DNA of 62,791 nucleotides, the filler included, from Rhabdomonas costata (Eukaryota): NCBI GenBank assembly GCA_019059605.1. It is 23 parts of 23 records of this genome, joined end to end, with 100 filler letters (N's around TTAATTAATTAA, not from the genome) between each part and the next. Parts side by side here need not be neighbours in the genome. Positions count along the whole stretch, not along the records: positions 49,239 to 51,869 come from JAHMHO010002547.1; positions 51,970 to 54,599 come from JAHMHO010002548.1; positions 54,700 to 57,331 come from JAHMHO010002549.1; positions 57,432 to 60,061 come from JAHMHO010002550.1; positions 60,162 to 62,791 come from JAHMHO010002551.1; 18 more parts are not named here. One strand, 5' to 3'. This document shows, piece by piece, positions 50,102 to 60,543 of this stretch. The stretch's first letter is position 1. The number at the start of each line of letters is the position of its first letter. Below the pieces are notes generated by a model. The model saw nothing but the letters and a program-made list of their open reading frames with translations. It did not search any database and was not told the DNA's origin. The position numbers and the translations under genes are program-made.

Positions 50102-51570
50102 GAGAGGCTTCGGATGACGACGTTCAGGGTGGGGATGAGGAGGGAAAAAAGCTGGAGAAGGCGTTGGGTTTGGACAGGAAGGATGCCGTTGTGCAGAGCC
50201 GAAGGATTCCCCACCGTGGCCCCGTGAACCGGCTGCGGGTATTCGGTGCAAGAACAGGAAATGGCTTCAGCGGCTTTTTGCTTGGAGTTTGGAGTTTCTT
50301 TCCACTTGCGGTTTGGCTCATCCGACGTTGTGGTTTTTTGGTCATCGGCAACAGGTTAACCGGCCGTGGATACCCATGACAACAAGATTTATTCGAATTG
50401 TTTTTGCTTTTTCTTTGTTTGCCGACTTTTTAATGGCTCATTCACTGAAACTGACAAATGAAGAACGGGAGGCTGCCGCACCGTCCGCCAGTGTGCCAGC
50501 GATAATTTGTTGCTTTGTATTAGAGCGCCCTTCAGTTGCAACGACAGTCTGTCGTTTTTACAGTCAATGAGGCAGCAGCCCGGTGTTCTTGCTGTGTGGG
50601 CCGAAGACGGCTACTTCTCTGTCTACGATGCTCGAGACTTGCTGAGGGAGCTCACTGACGCGCAGGGGTCTTCTTCGTATGTCTCTTCTCCCTTCCATAA
50701 TTTATTCGCAAATGCTGCTGCTGTGAAAGGAACAAAGGTGAGTGAAACAATAGTCTTTTGTCACAGTTTGATCAGTTTTATGGGAAGTCCTTGAAGTCCT
50801 GGGCTGCAGCTTGAATTAAGAACCCCTTTTTTAGCGCGCAGTTTGCAGTTTGTCACATCACGTGCGGCATACTTGATGCACAACAACGAGCATTTCACCC
50901 ACGATGTGCTCCCACTGAAACCACCTTCTGCATACTGTAAAGGTGTTTTTAATTGTTTGGCTCAACGACTGATCCATGATTAGTGCAACCACTTATGTAG
51001 GAGACAATTTCCATGAAATATGTTATTTCACGTCCAAAAAGTTTGAGACTGTGTCCAAAAACTGAGAATTTTGATAGTCGCGGAGTGCTGGTTTGATGGA
51101 TTTGTGCTTGTGGATGTTTACTTGGTTTTTATCTCGCTGGGCGAGGTAAAATCAGGGTTGTGCACCTCTGTTGATGAACCGGCCTGGCCTGTCTTGCTGT
51201 TTTGGAATCTTCGCCATCGGTGAAGGGAGAGGGCCAAATCTGCGTGTCGGGTGTCTCTTTTTGGACTAAATCTCATACTTTTGCAAAATGGCTCATACTT
51301 TCGTTGTAATTGTCTCATACTTTATGCATCATCCATTCGTCTGTTTTACTTTTACGGTTGTTTATTGCCCCACCAGTTTTCTTTCTCTCTTCAAACACGG
51401 AACACCCGAAGAATCCGTGTTTTCGTGTGTCAAACATGCACATTCTTTTTCTGGAAAAAAAGTGAGACGGTGCCCAAGGGCAAAGGCAGGAAGCCCGTGT
51501 TCCAGTCCGGGAAGTCCGACCACCCCACCGAGGGCTACGCGGTGGAGTGGAGTCCCCGCGTCACGGGGAG
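50102..51570 (+). CDS. GRWD1: Glutamate-rich WD repeat protein 1 / Rrb1 (ribosome assembly), internal fragment
   Basis: Exons 50102-50238, 50564-50667 and 51463-51570: acidic stretch, IPHRGPVNRLRSM, AVWAEDG, HPTEGYAVEWSP. The preceding acidic region favours GRWD1 over RBBP4. Confidence 0.85.
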
Positions 51571-52938
51571 GTGCATCCCCTCCTCCCCTAACCTCATCAT
51601 CATTTATCAATGGTTCAGTGGATTGCGTTCGTAGATGAGAATCAACCTTGGCTTGATAGGGCATATGCGAGACCCCCTCAATACAGGCCCATGGCCCATT
51701 GCACATGGTCCATATGCTGCCTGTGGGCTGCCTGTGGGTATATGGTTTTAGGTGGTACATGGGGTCTTCAGCAAATGGAACTGTTGCATAGCCGGCACCG
51801 GCTGGCCTGGTTGGGGTGGGGCCAGAATTGCCTTCAGCCCACCGCCTAACCGAAACTGGACAACCACACNNNNNNNNNNNNNNNNNNNNNNNNNNNNNNN
51901 NNNNNNNNNNNNNTTAATTAATTAANNNNNNNNNNNNNNNNNNNNNNNNNNNNNNNNNNNNNNNNNNNNTTTTGTGGGGCATGGCGTGAGTATGCGGGTA
52001 TGAATACAGTTACTTCTGTGGAGATGGCAAGAGCAATACTGCACGGTTGAGGTAGGACTAACAAGCATGCAGGTTTTCCAGCTCTGCTGATGAGTTCTTC
52101 ACCGCTCTGCAATTCCAATTGCCGTGCATATGCCTTGCATGGATATTTCCGTTGCACGTCCGGGGTTGCAGTAACAAGTGGCACATTAGGCCACGATCCT
52201 GGCTCTGTCTAGCTATTGCCTGGCAACAGGCTGGCTTGCACACTTTTTGTGGTGCACTGGCCTCACGCAAACTCCTTGAACCGAAGAAAATGGATGCACA
52301 TGCACATGCACAGTCACCTATTCCCTTGCACTAACGCTCAAAGCGATTCATTTTGGGTGATGCTGCCACCATTGTCACCTCCACCCCACCCGCGTGAGTG
52401 AGCGAGACTTGCACTTTCCGCTGGGCACAAATGAGAATCACCAGAATAGGAGCATCCAATAGGTTCGCAAGGTTTAGTGGTAATGCAGAGCTTCTTCACT
52501 GCTCCCAACATTGGGTAGTTTCTGAATATCTTTTTGTATTTTGGTGGTGAGTAATTCTCTTCGTTATAATTTCTCCGATTTACCTAATCTCTCAGGCATT
52601 CGTCCTTTGCTTTATAGTGAAAGCTCTTTGACAACGTTGCCCATAATGGAGGGAAGTGCCCGTCGTGGGGAAGACTGTGCTCGGTGTGAACCAACTAGAC
52701 CATAGCTGGCGAAGCACCCCATGCTTTTTGTGCAGTCCCAGCTTCCCTTGCTCTACCGACCAAACGGACTTGGTCCTTGGTCCTGCTACTCGTGGCCCCA
52801 GGCTGCTTCAATTGCTGTACCCTGCACCGCAGTGTGCTGCGGGTGTTGCCGCGCGAGCGTTACAGTCATACAGGCAGGGCGCCGTTTGGCTTCGCTGCGT
52901 CTGCGGCCCTGCCGGAAGACTGTCCTTGACCGACACCA

Positions 52939-53913
52939 ATGCGCGTTCTTCGGCAGCCTATTGTTATCATCCCTGTGGTGGTGCTGCTCTCGCTGGCACT
53001 TGCGGCGGGGGTGTCGCAGCGGTGGGGCACCACTGGCGCGGATCCCACCGCCGCCCTACGCCACCCCAGCTCATCCCCGCCCCCGCATTTCAGCCTCGAG
53101 CGGGGACCTACTAGCGCGGAGCGGTTGACAGGGCCAAGGGAAATAGAAGGCGGGAAAGCTGAGGCGCTGGAAACCTTACCCGTTTCCTCTGTGATACCTG
53201 GGACCGGACAGAAGCAGCCACCGGACGTGCAAAGCTCCGAAAAAACCCAACAGTGGCCCCAGCCCGTGGGCGTCAGCCCCGCGCTGCACTCCGCACTGGT
53301 GCGCTTGTGATGATATCTGTCTCAGTGTTTTTGTGAAGATGCCCATCAGAACGAAGAAGTTTGTGCACTCTCTCTCTACTGCGCTGCTGACGAGAGACGG
53401 AAGACGGTGCAAATCTTTGAAATTAAGCAGCAGCGCTCATCCCACTCCATCAAGAAAACTGTGACACTTCACACAAAAAAGCAATAACGAGCAGCAAAAA
53501 GCACGCCCCTCAGAAACCCACACGTGGCTTGCGTTCGTGGATTGCAAAGGTTTGCATACCACGCTAGCACGCTAGATCGTTTTATTCCTAGACTTTGAGT
53601 GATGACTTCTGGCAAGCACCTTTTCAATTCTCGCCGCTAAGGTAATGAGGAAGTCCTTGAACCCTTGGTTGCGGCTAAAGGACGGGCTGGGGGTGGCGCA
53701 GGTTGAGTATGGGAAGTGGTTTGGGGAGCGGATGAGGCCCCTGCGAGCGGGCAACGGGAGCCTCGTAGCGTACCTCCGGAGGATCGCGCCTGCGCTTCCT
53801 GAAATGGACCGGTCCGCGCCGGAGCGGCTGATGATTGCGAACATTGGCTTCAACGGCTGGGCGGATAACCTGAAGTGCGCCGTTGACCTGTTTCTGCTGT
53901 CCGTGCTCGATAG
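52939..53913 (+). CDS. Type II membrane protein, putative fucosyltransferase-like glycosyltransferase, 3' partial
   Basis: Exons 52939-53298 and 53642-53913. Short N-tail, transmembrane helix and Pro/Ser stem, then LMIANIGFNGWADNLKCAVDLFLLSVLDR, which resembles the G.G(N/D)R...S.F..A....R motif of GT37/GT23-type enzymes. Confidence 0.55.
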
Positions 53914-54782
53914 GTGCTGCCCCCCACCCCGTGCCGGCCTGCCAGCACTCGCTTATAATTACATGTTTGCCCAGGGGGTGCACGGGGGGGACACAGACCT
54001 CGTGATCCCGCTTTTTCTTCTGGTTCTTCTGGTAATGGCGACAGTCGTTGAGAACCTCCCAACCACAAGGTTCACGGGGCTCCCCATCGTGGGAAAAGGA
54101 AAACCGTTCCCCGGTGTTGGATGCCATGTGCTGCACCCTTGAAACTCAAACAAAAGGCCAGTTCTACTTATATAAGTGAACGCAAAACGCGCAAAACGCG
54201 CGCAGGGGCATTGAGAGGGCGAACCACCAAACGCGTCAAGCAACGAACTCCACACCTCTTATCTCAAACAACGCGAAACCAGCCGCTGCTGCCCCGTTCC
54301 AGCAAATTCAACGCGACCACGCGCGAGCCAGGGACCCGTGGCAGGCTCCAGATTCTCTTTCCGCTGGCAGCCTGCTTCAGTTTCGCCCTCATCCGTTAAA
54401 AAACGAAAAAAAAAAATGCAGAAGTTGCGGAAAGGTGCCAGAAAAATAAACATAAAATCTTACAATTGGGTGGTAAAGTGAGACACACGGCACACATCAA
54501 CACCTTTTGTAAGGTGACGATGGAGCTTCGAGAGCTGGCAAAGCAGCAGCAGCAGAACGGCGGGGCCGCAGGGGCGACCGTGGCAGCACCCAACCCACCN
54601 NNNNNNNNNNNNNNNNNNNNNNNNNNNNNNNNNNNNNNNNNNNTTAATTAATTAANNNNNNNNNNNNNNNNNNNNNNNNNNNNNNNNNNNNNNNNNNNNT
54701 TGTGTGGGTCTCCCGGGAAGCGTGGCTCCGGGAGACCTACAAACACCAAGTATGAGGAAGATAGTAAACTTCTTGCAGTCCG

Positions 54783-55804
54783 TTAGTATCCCTTAGTCAC
54801 GGGGCCCAGCTGAACCACCTCAAAGTTCGCCGCGGTGAGGACCTTCAGCTTGTTCATGTTGTTGTCGTTCCAGCGCGAGTCGGGCGTTCCGGAAACGTAC
54901 AGGTTCGAGCCATTGTCGGCCAGGATGAGCCCGTAGACTTTGAGGGCAGTCAAAATAACCTGTGCATCTGCAGGAAACTTCGAGATGTCGTACGAGGCTT
55001 TCAGGCGGAGCCGAGCACCCATAGGAAGGTAGGTCGGGTCCTTGATCGTGCTGGCATAGTGCCTGGCAGGGCTTACGTAAGCCTTCTGAGTCTTCGCGGC
55101 GGTGAAGCGGAGAGCGTGCTGAGAAGGCGAAAAAAAGCACGGTCTGCACTTCAAAATACTGAATGGTTCAAGCTTGGGAGAATCAACCCCTCGCACACCG
55201 TGATCTGCTTCCGCAAGACGACCTCGTCATACCACACCAGGCCAGGAAGGATGGGAAGCCCGGCAGCGTCCGCCGACGTCCAGCCTGCGGGACGAAGAAC
55301 ATTGCTATTGAGATCGAAAATGGCGCCCGAGTCGGCCTTCCACCCCGTAGACCCACTGGGCGGAAACGCGTTGTACAGCTCGTACAGCCTCCAGTTGTCA
55401 CGGTCCAGAGCGATGGTGTGTCGGTCACCCGTGGACGTGGCCCCACCCTCAATCGGGATGTTGGACGGGAGCGGGTAAGGGCCCTTATCACTTTCGTCAG
55501 AGTACGTAAACGTCACGTTGAACTTGGTCTGGTTCCCCGGAACGACGATGTAGGGAATCCCGAAAGGACCGCCGTTCCAGTTCGCCCCAAAGTCAGGGTG
55601 GAACTTTGTGTTCGAACCACCCAGATGTTGGATGAAAATCGCAGAGTTGGGGTCCACGGGCAGGTTGTTGATCGGAGTGTTCCAGGGGTTGTTGGAGGGA
55701 AAGATTTGCTTTCCTTTCAGGTCCGCCAAGATCCCAAGGTCTGGAGTCGTGTCGCACCAGCAAGAGCCCATCAATGAAAGCAGTATGCACAGACAGATAT
55801 GCAT
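54783..55804 (-). CDS. 313-aa secreted protein resembling an uncharacterised bacterial family; complete gene with one intron
   Basis: Exons 55804-55199 and 55118-54783 (TAA) with an 80-bp GT-AG intron at 55198-55119. Signal peptide. Motifs NPWNTPI..LPVDPNS, HPDFG, GIPY, Y.DESD.GPYP, IEGG..GDRH, LYELY, LRP.GWTSADAAGLP, HALRFT, PMG.R.RLK, YG.ILADNGS. Confidence 0.92.
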
Positions 55805-57471
55805 TCTCCAGGCACCCTTTCCGCGAAAAAATCAAGGCGGAATAGTGGAAGGAAAGGAACGTGGACCCGCAGGAGCGAGAAAAAAAGCATACGGAACCCA
55901 AAAGGCCACGGCGGCACAAATTCGCCGAGCGTCGTTAGATTTTATACCCAAAACCTCAAGTACCACGAAATTTCCTATCGACATTCGAAGGACGCGGGGC
56001 TGGTGCGTTCACAGAACCTGTGGCAAGACCTCCGTGACTGTACCACGACCTTTCAAACAAACCTTGTGAAAAATATGACACCAACGCCCAATGTTCTAAA
56101 GAAAAAACGTGTTCGCTGCGCTGCTTTGAAAGATAAAAACTGAAAGGAACACTGTTCTTATAATGAAACAACACTCAACCCAACCGTCACTTCTGACTTC
56201 TGACTTCTGATGATGCAACAATGCTTCACTCAACCTGGCCATTTGGTTGACGGACGGAAAATTCAGCGATCCCTTTATTCGTATTTTCAACCTTTCTCTC
56301 AAACTTCAGCCTTCCAACTGAAATACCATTCCAAACAGCCAAACAAGAGCGAAGGTGTGTCGCTGCTGGAACATCCAAACATCGCAGCGGGTTCTGACCA
56401 AAACTCGCTTTTGAGTCTTCGAAACAGTGCTCTCCTTTTTTATTTTGCGAAGGGGGCGGTCGATAATGGTGACATCCTGTTTGCACACAGCAAGTCTGAC
56501 GGCGGCTGAAAACCGTTTCGCCCTTTCAATGCCAAACCGCGGTGTCATGGTCCATTATTATTCAATCAAGAAGGGACATTCAAAGATGAGAAACTTCTCA
56601 GAAACAAAAAACGTGGAGTCATAATTCAAATAAACCGGATTTTGGGAAGAAATTTTCCTGGTCATTCTTATTTTTGAATGTCCTAAAGTCTTATTTTGAA
56701 TGCACGGAAATCTTGAATATGAAATGCTCTATCATGTATCGTGTATCGTGCCGAAGCACATCGTGGGGTCACTTCATTCTGTGCCTTATGACTCACAATT
56801 GGTAAAATTGCGACTTTAAGGACTTCCGAATGGAGTTTCTGACAAACTCACAAGAAACTTCGCAGGGAAGTCAGCATGAGTTTTCCTACGTGGGAATTAC
56901 CACTCAGGTTTTTTTTTTTTGTTTTGAGACCCCTTTTTTGGTGTACATGGTGCTCCGGCCCAACAAAAGCAAACGCTTACGTTGCATTCCAGTTACATTT
57001 CGCGTTCAACTGTTCTCTTTTTATTGGGGGCTGTTTTTTGAAAGCTCGCTTTGGGTTGTGGCACCGCGGCCCAAAATCACTTCGAGCAGGTTGTAAACGA
57101 ATTAACCGTACCACCCGCCAAGACGGTCTCTATTTCCGTACCCGTAACACAGAAAAAAAACGAAAGAAGAAAAATCAAAAAACAGTTTTTTGGTTTTTAT
57201 GAAAAACAAAGAAACCAGTTTTTTTACAGCGCTCACCGACACTCGGCACCCCAAGTCCGAGTGCACCAAGCGGCCGGAGACCACTGAGAAGGATGGATGG
57301 AGGCGTGGGCATAAAGATCGCGGTGACCTCCNNNNNNNNNNNNNNNNNNNNNNNNNNNNNNNNNNNNNNNNNNNNTTAATTAATTAANNNNNNNNNNNNN
57401 NNNNNNNNNNNNNNNNNNNNNNNNNNNNNNNGGTTTTTTTTGGTTCGGCTTGGCTTGCGTTTGTGGCGCAG

Positions 57472-58113
57472 GACGCTGTGCGAGGAGCTGGAGGAGGAGC
57501 ACCAGCGGGAGCTTCAGGCCACACAAGAGGACATCGCGGAAGCGGAGGCCTCGCGGGCCGAGGTTGCTGCGCATCTGCGCGAGCAGCACAGGCAGCTGGC
57601 CACTCAAAAGAAGGTCCTGCCCGCTCCCCCGCCCCTCGTATCTTACCCACGGCGCCTTAGCGATGCGGTCACACAGTGTGACAATTACGTTTTTGGGGAA
57701 GCCGGCGCCTTGTGAAACGTGTAGTGGTGCTAAGCGTTCATCACAGTGTAGCTCGCCAACATTTGGTAGTGCTAATCATTTAGGCTTTGGTAGAAAATTG
57801 TGGTTGTTGTTGTTGCTTCCTGATACTCAGGCGTCGCTTTCGAATTTCCTCACTACCTCAGCTCTGGTGCGGTAAATTGTAAGTCGAGAAACCGATAATG
57901 TGACAGGATATGACGCACTGGGCTGACAGAGGGGAGGGGAGAACGTTCTGGACTTTTGCTGTATGGGTTTTTTTTTCAGGTTATTGATGACCTGAAGGAG
58001 GACATAGACTTTCTGCAAGAGGAGATTGCCCCGCTGGAGGCAAGTCAGACCTCTGCTGAGGCGGGTCGCCTGGGCCCGTATCGGGCTCAAGAGGCCGTCC
58101 AGACTATCTATAG
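57472..58113 (+). CDS. Coiled-coil protein, internal fragment
   Basis: Exons 57472-57613 and 57980-58113 join in phase 0: EELEEEHQRELQATQEDIAEAE...QKK/VIDDLKEDIDFLQEEI. Confidence 0.75.
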
Positions 58114-60543
58114 GTTCGCTCGTGGGCTCGTGGTAATGGATTGGGAACTGGGGGGCTTCGGCACTCGAGGAAAGGTTTCTGTTCGGAGCAAATGAACAGG
58201 GCAGTGGTACAAGGAAGAAATTCTTTGTTCCATGTCAATATAGTGCTGCCTATAGACTTGAACATTCACAGTCGATACGCGTACTCCAGCCCCCGCACCA
58301 CACGCCTGTACTCAGATGTACCTGCAAAGGGCATTGCCTTTTCCATTATTTATGACAGTATCGCTTGAGCAGCGCAAAATCGTGTCCGTGTAATTTTGGG
58401 GTGGTGTCCAAATGGAGCTTGATTTTAAATGGAGTTAAATATCATAAATGGAATTTTGGATACCGCTCTGAGGAACTGCCTGACGCCTGAATGAGGGTTA
58501 CGGCGTACACTTCCAGGGCATCTTCAGACACTGCTACTTCTTCAGACACTCGCAATTGCTTTTTTCGGAATGCACTTAACTACACAAAGGAAGCCGCCCT
58601 TGGCCCTGCACACCGAATGTTTTCCCAAGATACCATCCTCCTCTCCCCACGCCACAGTGGTACTCGCCGATTCCCCAAAAAGATTCAAGAATTCAACCAA
58701 GAAAAACCAAAGCTGAGAAGGGAAGTACCACAGAGCAAAGCAAAGCGGGGACTAAGCCTGTTGACATTGCATTCACTTTTTTTTCGTTAACGTGCCTTTT
58801 TCATTCGACTGACCAACACAAACAACCTCATTTGCAGGTAAAATAGCCTTTTTTCTTCATAATGCAATAGAATTGGGGATCCCAAAACGTGGAACCTGGG
58901 AGTATATAAGAAATGCCAGAACTCCAACAAACTAGTGTGGGTTAACGAAAACCAGATGGAAATAAGGGGTATGATTATACTTTTTCGCAGCTGTCCTCGT
59001 TACTAACCCTTGGCGAGTATACCCGCTGCTGAAGGGGACCCAGCCTCTCATTTCTCTGGAAATCCAGCGGCAAGGCAAACCACCAAAACCTTTGCAGCGC
59101 ACAGAGTCCCTCACTGGAAATTCTTTGAGAAAAACCCAACACACACACAAAACAATCCAAACAAACAAACAAACCAAACAAACCAAAAGTTGTTGAGAGC
59201 TGACCTTAAAGAAGACCTATCGCCCGAGTGTACTTAATGGTGCCTCGAAGATTTCATATACACAGTGAGGCAAAGAAGAGCTCCAGGCTCCCATCTCGGG
59301 CCCCCAGTGCTGCTGCATAATGATTGGGGAAGTCTACATTGCAAAACGAGCACACTTCGAGAGAAAAGAAGACCACTCACTGAGTGACCACAAGTGGCAC
59401 AAACAAAGAGAAAAATCAGGCACAGCGCCGACCGGGCCTATTGAAACTTGCAAAGTCCTAGCAAGCGGCCATGCGACGCAACTCGGGTGACTCGCTCCTG
59501 CACAACGGCGAGCTGCTGAGTCACAGGTTGCATGTAAGGAGGGGTTTGTGTAAGTGCGCAAGACTGGTAGTTCTGGCAGATTTTTAGTTGGTTGCGGGTG
59601 TGGTCTCACGGTACAAAAATCGAAAAAGAACGACACAGTGCATCCGGTACTGGCTACCCAGGGCCAGGCAAAATGCACACGTTCACAGTGCAATGCTGAA
59701 GCGTAGGGTGGGGCGAGGGGAGGGGTTCGGAAAGAAGCATGATTTCACAGCGTTATTAGGAAGTGAAAAAAAAAGAATTGCATCGTGAAAGCAACTCCTC
59801 CCTGAGAAAATCGTGCTGCCTCGAACATTCGTTCAAGGGCCGAGCTGCCTTGGATCCATTCGAGGACTCATTCGCACCACGGGGGTGACGCCTCCGCAGC
59901 ATTTACACCCCGCACAGTGCATCACCATGGCTCTACAGGAATGTTGTGAAAACGCATCGCAGGGCGCGGAAAGCCGGGCATCGACAGTCACAGTCTTCCT
60001 TCTTAGAAAAGGAAGAAGAAAAAACACACCTAGAGTTAAAAATGGTGCCTTAAAAAACACCNNNNNNNNNNNNNNNNNNNNNNNNNNNNNNNNNNNNNNN
60101 NNNNNTTAATTAATTAANNNNNNNNNNNNNNNNNNNNNNNNNNNNNNNNNNNNNNNNNNNNGGGGTGGTGTGTTGAACAAAGAAATACCAAAAAGAAGAC
60201 CAGAGAGAGACAGAGAATCCGAGAATCCGAGAATTTTGAATTTTGAATTTGCGACATTTATTCACGGTTGTGGCAGCAACAGTGGCGCGAAAGCATAACA
60301 GTACAGTGACATCGGGAAAAAAAAGAGGAGGTGGAGACAGGTGAGGTGGGTTGGTTGCAGAAACGTGGGGGAACGGGGGCGGTCGGGGTGACGGGCTTTG
60401 AAGGAAAACAAGAGAAGCCGACCGCTGCGAGAAAAAGCGCCACTGCATTCAAGTCTCGATCACACACGCATGCGACGACAGAAGATTTCAGATGCACATG
60501 TACGGAGGCAGCCCCCCAAAAAACAAGAGGGGGGGATTAAAAC

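Noticed and set aside
52939-55804. Glycosyltransferase next to the bacterial-like secreted protein as a functional cluster
   Set aside because: They are on different contigs separated by a linker, so the adjacency reflects sorting by length.
56306-56548. RFSAAVRLAV resembling a hAT transposase dimerisation motif
   Set aside because: A single short motif without the S..ER context, TIRs or upstream transposase sequence.
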